32,829 nt of DNA from a virus. Taxonomy: Duplodnaviria; Heunggongvirae; Uroviricota; Caudoviricetes. Each line of letters starts with the position of its first letter. Within the stretch, counting starts at the first letter, position 1. This document shows positions 8,328 through 17,299 of the stretch, piece by piece. A program made the translations under genes and the position numbers. The notes under the pieces were generated by a model. It was not told the origin of the DNA. It made no database searches and worked only from the letters and a program-made list of their open reading frames with translations. The DNA is taken from the IMG/VR virus record IMGVR_UViG_3300020576_002769, positions 81,985-114,813 of that record; one strand, 5' to 3'.

Positions 8328-9252
8328 ATCTTTTAAACTTAACATATAATTTGATATACAAATCACCTCGATTATGATAACCTTTACCTCTAACCCTTAA
8401 TGGTTTTGAAGTATCAAACACTTCAGGTAATTTTATGGATAATTCACCTGATGGGTGTGGTACCATTATCTTATCATTTTTAATTGTGACTAAATCAAAG
8501 TAAGCATTGTAGATTAAATCATCCAAGGACTTTTCAAAATTACCCTCAGGTTGAATTTTAACTTTAATAACTAAATTACCGTACATCCCGTCTTTGAAAT
8601 CACCTTTTCCTTGTACTTTTAAAAATTGACCTTCGTCGATTCCGTGAGGTAATTTAATGGTAATTGTTTCAATATTTGAAGTTGTTGTATTTCCGTGACA
8701 GGTTCCACAAGTTGTTTTATAAGTAAAACCTTTTCCCCCACAACTATTACAAGGTTGTCTCATTATTTGAATAAATAAACCGGTTCCAATTTGTTGAGTG
8801 ATAAACCCGTCACCATTACAGGTTGAACAAGTTACTTTCTCCCCACCATCACCATTACATCCACCACATTTATGGTTTCTAGAGTATGTAATAGTTTTTT
8901 CACCACCTTTAAATGATTCGACGGCACCAACAACCACTTCAATTATTTTATCCGGAACCGCTCGTTTTCTTTGTCTATGTTGCATATTTGCAAACATATC
9001 ACCGAAAGGATTGAATCCTCCTCCAAATGGGTCAAAACCTCCACCAAATGGGTTTCTTCTTTGATTATCATACTGACTTCTTTTATCCGGGTCACCTAAA
9101 ACTTCGTAAGCCTCAGAAATCTCTTTAAATTTATTTTCATCACCTCCTTTATCCGGATGATGTTTTTTAGATAATTCTCTATAAACACGTTTAATCTCAT
9201 CTTGATTCACGTTTTCATTAATCCCTAAAATTTCATAATAATCTTTATTCAT
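8326..9252 (-). CDS. dnaJ: Class A DnaJ chaperone
   Basis: J domain DYYEILG..HHPD, G/F region, four CxxCxGx(G) repeats, C-terminal GDLY. Confidence 0.95.
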   Translation of the reverse strand: MNKDYYEILGINENVNQDEIKRVYRELSKKHHPDKGGDENKFKEISEAYEVLGDPDKRSQYDNQRRNPFGGGFDPFGGGFNPFGDMFANMQHRQRKRAVPDKIIEVVVGAVESFKGGEKTITYSRNHKCGGCNGDGGEKVTCSTCNGDGFITQQIGTGLFIQIMRQPCNSCGGKGFTYKTTCGTCHGNTTTSNIETITIKLPHGIDEGQFLKVQGKGDFKDGMYGNLVIKVKIQPEGNFEKSLDDLIYNAYFDLVTIKNDKIMVPHPSGELSIKLPEVFDTSKPLRVRGKGYHNRGDLYIKLYVKFKR

Positions 9253-10177
9253 AACATTTCCCCAATTTTCTATTTAAATAAAATATATTATTATTTTTAA
9301 CAATTTCAATCAATTTAAAAGATAATTCATTTGAAATTGAAAAGGAATATATACTACCTTTTTTATTTATTTTATTTTTAATATCACCTAAAAAAATGAT
9401 TAGTGTATTTTTAACCCATTCTAACATTTCATAAGAACCTAAAAAAATTATTCTAACTCGACCATTTTTATCTTTATATACCGTACCATCCCCATCCATT
9501 AATCCTATTATGAATGATAATTTATTTAAATCGTTATCAATTTTAGGTGGTTTGTTAATTAAAGTTTTATTAGGAATAATATTAAAATTTTCTCGTAAAT
9601 CATTAATAATTTGTTTTGAATACACGTTTATCATACAAGTTTTATTTTCCTTACCAAAAGACACTCCATTCTTAATAAAAATAGGTGATTCGGTATCTAT
9701 CGCACTTTTAAATTTTTCTAAATGTTCATAATCTTTAATTGAAAGTTTAATACCCAGTGATGATGTTTTATTCGTCATCACCCAACCATCAGCAGAAATA
9801 AACCCTCCCCAATAACAATTGATAGTATTTGGATTAGTAAAAAAGTTATGATTAACTTTATACTTATATTTCCGTTCAGTTTTTCTAAGGTCATAATCAC
9901 ATTTTAACCCTAACAAATACCCTCTATTTATTATAGAACTTTTACTTCTATTAGGAAATATTTCAAGTAATTCAACAATAGTCTTAGATGGAAAATATCG
10001 CATCATTAACTCATCTTCTTCTTTAGACCATTTTCGGGATGATAATTTTAATTTTGATAATTTAGTGTTTATTGATGTAACCGACCTTCTCAAATGTTCA
10101 CCCAATTCTATTACACTCATAAGTTTATAATTTTCAATTAAAAAATCATAATCTTCTTTAGTCCAATTTTTTCTCAT
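9245..10177 (-). CDS. Free-standing LAGLIDADG homing endonuclease with N-terminal Myb-like W-x-x-E repeats
   Basis: YWGGFISADGWV and FIIGLMDGDGTV; N-terminal WTKEDYDFL / WSKEEDELM; ATG10177 preferred; stop overlaps the dnaJ start. Confidence 0.88.
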   Translation of the reverse strand: MRKNWTKEDYDFLIENYKLMSVIELGEHLRRSVTSINTKLSKLKLSSRKWSKEEDELMMRYFPSKTIVELLEIFPNRSKSSIINRGYLLGLKCDYDLRKTERKYKYKVNHNFFTNPNTINCYWGGFISADGWVMTNKTSSLGIKLSIKDYEHLEKFKSAIDTESPIFIKNGVSFGKENKTCMINVYSKQIINDLRENFNIIPNKTLINKPPKIDNDLNKLSFIIGLMDGDGTVYKDKNGRVRIIFLGSYEMLEWVKNTLIIFLGDIKNKINKKGSIYSFSISNELSFKLIEIVKNNNIFYLNRKLGKCYE

Positions 10178-10192
10178 TAATTTTCGTTTATT

Positions 10193-10202
10193 AATAAATA
10201 TC
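10193..10202 (-). promoter_or_regulatory. GATATTTATT box, putative late promoter variant
   Basis: 15 nt upstream of ATG10177. Confidence 0.45.
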
Positions 10203-10297
10203 AAGATAAAGTAAAAAGTTTCAGTTTTTTTTTATTTTTTAGTTTATAAAAATCTTCCATACTTTACTTATATTTAAATTAAGTGTAATTTATATCT

Positions 10298-10942
10298 ATG
10301 AATTATTTAATAGTATTATTCAAAAATAAGGTAAAAAAGAAAATAATCAATAAGTTCAAAACATCAAAAAGAGCTAATGATTATTATAACTCACTATTGG
10401 AAAATAGTGATAACGTTATATTTGATAAAAAATATGAAAATGGTTTTGAATGTGGTTACGAAATAGCAATCCTTGAAAAAACCTCCGGGACATTTTTACC
10501 CGTGTTTTTAAAAGACGAATTCGGTAGAAACATTAAAATTAATTTAGATGATGAAGATTATACGATATCTAAAATAAATAAATACAGAACTGAAGAACTA
10601 ATACTAGATTATCAAACCAATACTAAAATAACCTCAATGGAATTCATTAAAAAATATTTGAAAGGTGATGGGTTAAAATTAGTATCAAAACTAAATAATA
10701 AAGTTGTAGTGCAAAATGATGATACTTTTAATTTATTCACATTAAAAAATGACGACGACTCCTCGAGATTTATTGATTCCATATCACAACATCTATTTAA
10801 AGAAAAAAAAATGGATTGTATTTTCGTCAAAGACTACTCAACAACCCAAAGAAAATATCTTTACAATATTTTAACCGAAAAAGGATTTTCTAAACATTAT
10901 CTTCAACGTCAGTCGACGACTCATCCTTCAACAAAAACATAA
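10298..10942 (+). CDS. Hypothetical protein
   Basis: 214-aa ORF filling a gap with no long minus-strand gene. Confidence 0.8.
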   Translation: MNYLIVLFKNKVKKKIINKFKTSKRANDYYNSLLENSDNVIFDKKYENGFECGYEIAILEKTSGTFLPVFLKDEFGRNIKINLDDEDYTISKINKYRTEELILDYQTNTKITSMEFIKKYLKGDGLKLVSKLNNKVVVQNDDTFNLFTLKNDDDSSRFIDSISQHLFKEKKMDCIFVKDYSTTQRKYLYNILTEKGFSKHYLQRQSTTHPSTKT

Positions 10943-11144
10943 ATTCAACTCCCGACATATCAATTTTAAATTGTTTATAATTTCTATCAATTTCCCTAAA
11001 ATTATTTTGAACTTTTTTAAAACTATTGTAATCTAATTCTAATGCCACTGCCATAGTACCACCCGGGAATAAAGTTTGTAGTCCATCCGCAACTAATGCT
11101 AGTTTTTCTATAACCCCATCAATACTTTTTTGATTCTCTCCCAT
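10890..11144 (-). CDS. Hypothetical protein
   Basis: Part of an overlapping minus-strand small-gene string. Confidence 0.7.
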   Translation of the reverse strand: MGENQKSIDGVIEKLALVADGLQTLFPGGTMAVALELDYNSFKKVQNNFREIDRNYKQFKIDMSGVEFMFLLKDESSTDVEDNV

Positions 11145-11299
11145 AATGTTAATTTTTTTGGTGGTTTAGGAATAATATCCTCTTTTTTATATTTTGTAAT
11201 TTCTTTGATAAATTTTTCTTTTTCTGATTCTAATTCAATAAAATCTTTAACTTTCTCCTTATTTAACTTTTCCAGCTCCTTGGACACTTTCTTCCCCAT
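11108..11299 (-). CDS. Hypothetical small basic protein
   Basis: Coupled ORF; C-terminal LTLWERIKKVL amphipathic helix. Confidence 0.65.
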   Translation of the reverse strand: MGKKVSKELEKLNKEKVKDFIELESEKEKFIKEITKYKKEDIIPKPPKKLTLWERIKKVLMGL

Positions 11300-11690
11300 C
11301 TTCTAACGTTATTTTTTTAGTTTCAGGTTTAATTTCAAAACTCAACCCTTTTAGATTATTTAAGTTTGATTTTTCAAATATTGATTTTAATTCTTCAACT
11401 TTATTCTGAAACAATCTTTCTTTTTCCTCTAACTCAAGATTATAATTTATAATCCCTTTTATGTTTTGTGTTATTAATCCGACCGATTCTTCCGTTATTT
11501 CAGTAACAAAAGAAAACATTCTCTCATTATCAATCTTACTTGGTTGTTCCATCACTTTTTCCTCATCAACATATCTTTTTAATAGTTTCCAATTTTTAGG
11601 AAAACTAACATCAAAACTTAGGTATGTTTCTAACTTTCTAACTGATTGTAGATATGGTAATAATGATGAAAATTCTTTATATAAACTCAT
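11259..11690 (-). CDS. Hypothetical protein
   Basis: 143-aa coupled ORF. Confidence 0.75.
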   Translation of the reverse strand: MSLYKEFSSLLPYLQSVRKLETYLSFDVSFPKNWKLLKRYVDEEKVMEQPSKIDNERMFSFVTEITEESVGLITQNIKGIINYNLELEEKERLFQNKVEELKSIFEKSNLNNLKGLSFEIKPETKKITLEDGEESVQGAGKVK

Positions 11691-11692
11691 AG

Positions 11693-11881
11693 TTAATTTT
11701 TAATAATATATGTTAAACAATACGATATTGATAATCCAAGAAACATAAGTTCCCATTTATCCCACACCATAGGTTTTGGTGGATTTGAGAATAGGGAACT
11801 TATTATTCTACTAACCGTTCGTAATACGGTTAACAATGAAAAGATGAATACAAATAAATAAATTGTATTAATATCAGTCAT
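11693..11881 (-). CDS. Small two-TM membrane protein
   Basis: Two hydrophobic helices. Confidence 0.7.
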   Translation of the reverse strand: MTDINTIYLFVFIFSLLTVLRTVSRIISSLFSNPPKPMVWDKWELMFLGLSISYCLTYIIKN

Positions 11882-12078
11882 TACTTGTTTTTTTCCTTTT
11901 CTTCTTTAATTCTTTTTCTTTCCGCTAAAATTTCTTTTCTTAAAGAATCAGATAATTTTTTTAGTTGACCGGCAGCATTTCTTGCTCTTGTACCGGCACT
12001 ATCATTACCACCAAAAAATTTAGTAGTATTTACAGATAGTTCTTCAATTGCTAATTTAATTTGTTCTAATGTTTCCAT
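11881..12078 (-). CDS. Histone H1-like (Hc1-family) nucleoid protein
   Basis: GNDSAGTRARNA matches the GNKAAGTRARKA motif of small Bacteroidota Hc1-like proteins. Confidence 0.75.
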   Translation of the reverse strand: METLEQIKLAIEELSVNTTKFFGGNDSAGTRARNAAGQLKKLSDSLRKEILAERKRIKEEKEKNK

Positions 12079-12143
12079 TTGAATTGTTTTAATTTTTATT
12101 TATAATGTTAAAAATAATTTTATTTACCTCATAGTAAATACTA

Positions 12144-12605
12144 TTACTCTATTTGTTTATCCAATAATTTATATATGGTAGTGAGCATATCTAAATCAGA
12201 TTTTGTGAATGATTTATTTAAGTTGTATAAATCATCAAAAAAATAACTAATTGATGTTTTTACTTTTAAATTTTGTTGGTGATAGAAGGTTTCATCAAAA
12301 AAAGACTCAAAATAATCGTAATGTTCACCTCGTTTATTGAATTTAATATTTTCACGACTAAAACTATCAATTATCTTATCCCAACACCATTCAAAATGAT
12401 GTCTATCATCATCTTCACTAAGGGTAATTTGAGTTTCTTTATTTTCACTTTCACCCAAATAGGTATCCATAATTAAATTATTCAATGAGTGTGTGAAATC
12501 AGAATATAATTCTAATTTTTCAGGTATAATATTATTTACTCGGAACCAAACGTCAACGTCTTCCGGTTGTAAAGGTTTTGATATGTAGTTAAAAAAATTC
12601 TCCAT
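12144..12605 (-). CDS. Hypothetical protein
   Basis: 153-aa ORF. Confidence 0.78.
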   Translation of the reverse strand: MENFFNYISKPLQPEDVDVWFRVNNIIPEKLELYSDFTHSLNNLIMDTYLGESENKETQITLSEDDDRHHFEWCWDKIIDSFSRENIKFNKRGEHYDYFESFFDETFYHQQNLKVKTSISYFFDDLYNLNKSFTKSDLDMLTTIYKLLDKQIE

Positions 12606-12652
12606 AGAGTTCGTCTATGGAGAAAATATAGTTCTAATTAAATAATTGTAAA

Positions 12653-14122
12653 TTATTGTGTTTTCTGATTATAACCTATTAATGATTTCATTCTATCAAA
12701 CTCTTCATTAATTTGTTTTTGTTTTTTATCAGGTATTGATTCTAATTTAGACATTAATTTATCACTTTCGTCCTCACCAGCTTTATCCGTAACTATTGGT
12801 TGTGGGGCTTTATTATACGCCTTTTGTTTTATTTGACCTAATAAATTTTTCTTTCTAATTTCGTTACGTTTTTTATTAACATTGGATTCACCAGTATTCG
12901 CCCATTCAGGGTTATTACCCGTTCTTGAAGAACCCTCAATATTATCCGTTACCCAATCTTCATTAGGATGGATTTCATCATATACTAAATTTTCTTGACC
13001 GGCAGCTGTTAGATTATCAGTATATTCTTCAACCGCTCCCGATGGTATATAAGCCTTTTTACTCATTTTTTCTAATTCACCATTTCCTTTAGGAAATATT
13101 TTAGGGTTCATATCATAATCACCTTTAGAACCATCTTTAAGGTAATCCTTCATTTTTTTAGTCACATCTTTGATGTAGTCATCGTTTTCTTTACCGGAAC
13201 CTTTGTGAGCTTTCTTATAAACTTCTAATCCTCTTGGAGAACCTCCTGTACCTTTAATGTTGGTTTTCTCGTCAGTATCTTTAACTTTTTGTTCTAAAAC
13301 TATTTTTTCAATCATAGAAACTAACTCACTTTCGGTTAACCTATAAGATTCTTTAATTTTTTTCTTATGTTTAGCCCCTTCATAACCTTTAATATTTTTA
13401 GCAAAATTTGCCTTTTTAACTAAAGAAGGACTACCACTGTTTAAAGACTTCTCAATACAAGATTTAGTTACTTCACCTCCACAGTATCGTTTAAATGAAC
13501 CTTCGGTTCCTTTCTTTTCCATTTTTTCTGTGGCCTTTTGAATGAATTTTTCTTTACCTTCTTTAGTTTCATATTTTTTACCGTCAACAGTAAATTCTTT
13601 TTCACCTTTTTTCCTAGCTTGAGCTAACGCTCCTGAAAACGCATTACCTTCATCAGTTTCAGATTTTTTACCCTGTCTTAATATTTTAAAATCTTCAGCG
13701 TCAATTTTATTATTTTTGTTTTTGTCTAATCGTCTTTGACGACCTTTTAAAGATTCATTCATACTTGAACCACAGAATTTTTTTGTTCTTTCATCATCCG
13801 GACCAAAATTATCCATATGGTATTTACAAGAATCTTCATTTTTAGAATCTAACTCTTCGTTGTCAGAATCTCCCATAACCATATCTTCTTGGACATAATC
13901 AAATTCATCCGAATTATTAATATCTTCAACATCGTAAATACCTTCATTCATATCCTCAGACATATAACCACATTCGTTACATTTACCTTCGTACATTGTA
14001 CCACCACACTCACATACATCACCTTTTATTCTTGAGACAAGGTTATCCGCCTTTTCTTCTAAGGTTTCCAATAAGACTTTGGATACTATTTTATCTAAAT
14101 AAGTTGTATTTATTTTTTTCAT
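12653..14122 (-). CDS. Modular Glu-punctuated putative internal head protein
   Basis: Short modules ending in xxE (VLE, MNE, TKE, IKE, INE); EF-hand-like DKNKNNKIDAED; Cys modules; LTESELVSMIEKIVLE; putative late box upstream. Confidence 0.55.
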   Translation of the reverse strand: MKKINTTYLDKIVSKVLLETLEEKADNLVSRIKGDVCECGGTMYEGKCNECGYMSEDMNEGIYDVEDINNSDEFDYVQEDMVMGDSDNEELDSKNEDSCKYHMDNFGPDDERTKKFCGSSMNESLKGRQRRLDKNKNNKIDAEDFKILRQGKKSETDEGNAFSGALAQARKKGEKEFTVDGKKYETKEGKEKFIQKATEKMEKKGTEGSFKRYCGGEVTKSCIEKSLNSGSPSLVKKANFAKNIKGYEGAKHKKKIKESYRLTESELVSMIEKIVLEQKVKDTDEKTNIKGTGGSPRGLEVYKKAHKGSGKENDDYIKDVTKKMKDYLKDGSKGDYDMNPKIFPKGNGELEKMSKKAYIPSGAVEEYTDNLTAAGQENLVYDEIHPNEDWVTDNIEGSSRTGNNPEWANTGESNVNKKRNEIRKKNLLGQIKQKAYNKAPQPIVTDKAGEDESDKLMSKLESIPDKKQKQINEEFDRMKSLIGYNQKTQ

Positions 14123-14136
14123 TTTTAGTTTTTTAT

Positions 14137-14144
14137 TATAAATA
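14137..14144 (-). promoter_or_regulatory. TATTTATA box, putative late promoter
   Basis: 14 nt upstream of ATG14122. Confidence 0.5.
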
Positions 14145-14159
14145 TATTAATTTTTGACT

Positions 14160-15095
14160 TTATTTCTTAGAAATTAAATTTTCATATTCATAAGCTAAAA
14201 TAGATTTAATAACATTTTCACTTATATTATGTCTTTTACTTATGTTTTGAATTGCAGTTTTAACTTTTTCGTTCTCAAAAATCTTTAATGCTTTAATATC
14301 TCCTTGATTACAATATGGGAATTTTTTACATTTTTTCTTAACCTGAACAAATTTACCCCCGGGAATTTGTGTTTTAGATTTACCTCTCCAATCTTTTTTA
14401 CTTGTGGACTTCGCCCAAGCCGAAGTCGTTTCATATGAACCGGAAGATGCCGAACCCGTTGCTTCAGTTGCTTCAACTTTTTTAGTTTCACTACAAACAC
14501 ATTTTGATTTAACTCTATCACAAGAATCACAATATTCTTCTTTACCCTCTTTAACACAATTAGGTACCATTTTACCATTTTTCATTTTACCACCAATCTC
14601 TTTATACCCTTTCCAACATTCTTCCTCCATTTGTTGTTTTGTGGTTGAAAATAAAGGAGCTTCAAACCCTCCTGCGGAACCTGAACCGGTTGATTCGTTA
14701 TTTTCCTCTTTACCTACTCGTTTATATTTTGTTTTTTTAATGAAAGGGTCTGAAGTTGTTACATTAGGAACACCAAACTCATTATCATTATCCGAGTACT
14801 TTAGATAATCCGGGTCTTTTTTCAAATCTTTTTTAAATTGAGATTTCGCACTTTTATCTTCACCCATAATTGGTTTTGAAACTTTTTGGATTGGTTTTTT
14901 CATTTTACTCTTATTGATTATTTTATTTGAAACACCCGTTTTTGTATTTTCAATATTTTCATTTTCAGGTATCGCATTTTTAAATTCATTAGCAACAACA
15001 ACACCTTCAATACCACTAGAATAAACGTTAGATTTACTCATTTCATCATTCATTGCCGTTTTCAAATCCGAACCAATACTTTCGTTAGTTTTCAT
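14160..15095 (-). CDS. Modular putative internal head protein
   Basis: CWKGY..VPNCVKE module, two E-[SA]TGS.S.G.[FY]E modules, CDSC..CVC and KKKCKKFPYC. Confidence 0.55.
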   Translation of the reverse strand: MKTNESIGSDLKTAMNDEMSKSNVYSSGIEGVVVANEFKNAIPENENIENTKTGVSNKIINKSKMKKPIQKVSKPIMGEDKSAKSQFKKDLKKDPDYLKYSDNDNEFGVPNVTTSDPFIKKTKYKRVGKEENNESTGSGSAGGFEAPLFSTTKQQMEEECWKGYKEIGGKMKNGKMVPNCVKEGKEEYCDSCDRVKSKCVCSETKKVEATEATGSASSGSYETTSAWAKSTSKKDWRGKSKTQIPGGKFVQVKKKCKKFPYCNQGDIKALKIFENEKVKTAIQNISKRHNISENVIKSILAYEYENLISKK

Positions 15096-15097
15096 AA

Positions 15098-15343
15098 TTA
15101 AGCGTTTTTAAGTTTTGGTTCCCAATAACTTCTATTAGTCCACATAAATTGGTAAAATTCTCGAAACATTCTTAAAGTAATATCTTTAATATCACCCTCT
15201 AATTTACCTCTTTTAATTTCTTTGGAAATTGTATCAATTAATTTATTTTCGTATTGCTGAATATTTGGACTTCCGAAGAAATCTTTAATTTCTTTACGTA
15301 TTAACACTTCAATTTCTTTTTTTTCTGTTGCCGTCAATGCCAT
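15098..15343 (-). CDS. Hypothetical protein
   Basis: 81-aa coupled ORF. Confidence 0.75.
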   Translation of the reverse strand: MALTATEKKEIEVLIRKEIKDFFGSPNIQQYENKLIDTISKEIKRGKLEGDIKDITLRMFREFYQFMWTNRSYWEPKLKNA

Positions 15344-15345
15344 AA

Positions 15346-15783
15346 TTATCTAACTAATAATAAATAAGATGTTGATATAACACCTAAAAATGTTCCTACT
15401 TTATACCAAAAAGATGTTGATTTAGTTTGTTTTAATTCTTTTTTCAAGTCATCATTCATATTTTTAAACTCACCAATCATCAACCCTTGTTGATTTATTA
15501 TGTACTCATTGTTCTTATCTTTGGATTGTAACAATGAAATAATTGTATCTTTTTGAACATCTCGTTCTTCTAATTTAATCACTTTCTCTTGAGTTAATTT
15601 TAATTCCTCCTCACATCCTTCACCTTTAATTATATCTTTAATTGCAAGTCTAGCGGTGGATGGTTTTAATTTAACTCGTGTAGTATCACTGACCTTTACT
15701 TGGGATTGGTTGTTCGTATTTGTTTGTGAAAAACAACTCAAGCTCACTGTCAGGAATATTATCAACGTTATTAACTTTTTCAT
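15346..15783 (-). CDS. Secreted or lipoprotein coiled-coil protein with C-terminal TM, spanin-like candidate
   Basis: Signal peptide MKKLITLIIFLTVSLSCFS|Q, coiled coil, C-terminal hydrophobic helix; overlaps the upstream gene by 98 nt. Confidence 0.5.
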   Translation of the reverse strand: MKKLITLIIFLTVSLSCFSQTNTNNQSQVKVSDTTRVKLKPSTARLAIKDIIKGEGCEEELKLTQEKVIKLEERDVQKDTIISLLQSKDKNNEYIINQQGLMIGEFKNMNDDLKKELKQTKSTSFWYKVGTFLGVISTSYLLLVR

Positions 15784-16057
15784 TTGTTTGTTTTTTAATT
15801 ACTGTTATATTTTTATCAATATGTTGTATTTCATTAGTGATAGTTGTAACATTTTCTTTAACTTCACCAATTTTAGTATCTATTTTTTTAGTTACAAAAT
15901 GAGCAGAATCAATTTTAGTTTGAATATTCTCTATCTTGTTTTTATAACTTTTAACGTCAGTTTTAATCGTATTAGTTGTAAAAATGTTCCAACCTACTAA
16001 ACCGGCAATAATCAATAATAAAATAATACTGTCCTTATCTTTAGTTACATCTTCCAT
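15686..16057 (-). CDS. N-terminally anchored coiled-coil protein, i-spanin-like candidate
   Basis: N-terminal TM followed by heptad coiled coil. Confidence 0.5.
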   Translation of the reverse strand: MEDVTKDKDSIILLLIIAGLVGWNIFTTNTIKTDVKSYKNKIENIQTKIDSAHFVTKKIDTKIGEVKENVTTITNEIQHIDKNITVIKKQTNEKVNNVDNIPDSELELFFTNKYEQPIPSKGQ

Positions 16058-16692
16058 TATTCTTCAGTTTTAATTGTTTTTTTTCTTGAAACCAATACTT
16101 TACCCCATTTCGCTTTAAACTTCTCATAATTTCTTTTTAGTTTATTTATTAACTCTAAAAATTCATCATCAGCTTTAATCATATCCCCATTAATATAAAT
16201 ACCATTTTCCTCCCCTATTGAGTAGAAAAATTCAATATCTAAATCAATTATGGTTCCGGACCACTCAACATTATTAGGAAAAACATTTAATTTGTTAAAA
16301 TCAACCATTTCAGTCACTTCATTTACAAATTCATCCATAGTTTCTTGGAAAGCGGATTTTTCATCCGTGGTTAATTGTAAATCAACTTGATTCTTTCCGT
16401 GGAGAACAATAATACCTCCGGATATTCTATATCCTTGTTGTTTATCACTTCCAACACTATCATCATCATCAGTTTCGGTATCATCTTGGAATGTATCATA
16501 CTCTATCTTATCTTCAACTGACTTAGTAATATTTGGTTTTGTTGTAATATTATCATCAGTTAAATCAACACCTTGCTCCGTTAACAAACCATACTGTTTG
16601 CGGATGTCCTCATTTAATTTATTAGACCCTAATAAATTTCGTGAAGCGTTTAATAATTGTTTAATTTCATCGTGCGAATTATTCATTTTCAA
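16057..16692 (-). CDS. Hypothetical acidic protein, possibly virion-associated
   Basis: 211-aa coupled ORF; N-terminal LNE/LTE motifs. Confidence 0.7.
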   Translation of the reverse strand: MKMNNSHDEIKQLLNASRNLLGSNKLNEDIRKQYGLLTEQGVDLTDDNITTKPNITKSVEDKIEYDTFQDDTETDDDDSVGSDKQQGYRISGGIIVLHGKNQVDLQLTTDEKSAFQETMDEFVNEVTEMVDFNKLNVFPNNVEWSGTIIDLDIEFFYSIGEENGIYINGDMIKADDEFLELINKLKRNYEKFKAKWGKVLVSRKKTIKTEE

Positions 16693-17275
16693 TATATTTT
16701 AAAAATTCTTCGAATTTAAATGCCGGACTAACATCAGTAAATGTAGTATCAAAATTACTTTTAGTTACAACTCCCGGATATTTTTCAATTCCATTTATTT
16801 TAGTATTATGTTCAATAATCTGAGGTTTTATTTTTACATTATCAAACAACGTTTTACATAACTTACCCAAACTAATTAATTGAGATTCTGTATAAGGTTG
16901 CCAAAAAAAATAATCCCTCCATTTTCTTTCAAACACATTACCTTTATAAATATCACCTATCCAGTTAATGTAATAATCACTTAGTGGTTCTTTTTGCAAC
17001 CATCCTAAGTTTTCCAATGATATTATTATTGAATTACGATTTATATTTGGGTCTTTGAAATATTCAGAGTGTTCATTATTACCTAATAATTGAAGTATTT
17101 TACCGTCCCGGGTTATTATGTAATTAGGTATTTTTTTATATTTCCCGTTTAAACGAAACTTCAACGACTGAAGATAGTCGTTGAAGTTTCTTGATGTGTG
17201 TGTAAGTATAATTTGGTGTTTCTTTTTTTGTTTTCCAACAGGTTTGAATTCACCATATTTGATGATATCTATCAT
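16679..17275 (-). CDS. N-acetylmuramoyl-L-alanine amidase (Amidase_2) fold protein, catalytic residues apparently substituted
   Basis: QIILTHT, NYIITRDGKILQL, SIIISLENLG, YTESQL..L..L, TDVSPAF. Confidence 0.75.
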   Translation of the reverse strand: MIDIIKYGEFKPVGKQKKKHQIILTHTSRNFNDYLQSLKFRLNGKYKKIPNYIITRDGKILQLLGNNEHSEYFKDPNINRNSIIISLENLGWLQKEPLSDYYINWIGDIYKGNVFERKWRDYFFWQPYTESQLISLGKLCKTLFDNVKIKPQIIEHNTKINGIEKYPGVVTKSNFDTTFTDVSPAFKFEEFLKYIENE

Positions 17276-17299
17276 TATTCATAAATTAAACTTTTATGA

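Noticed and set aside
4894-9252. Eukaryotic or NCLDV origin suggested by LRR, DnaJ and Myb-like repeats
   Set aside because: Bacterial sigma70, intrinsic terminators, TnpB, amidase fold and overlapping operonic genes indicate a bacteriophage
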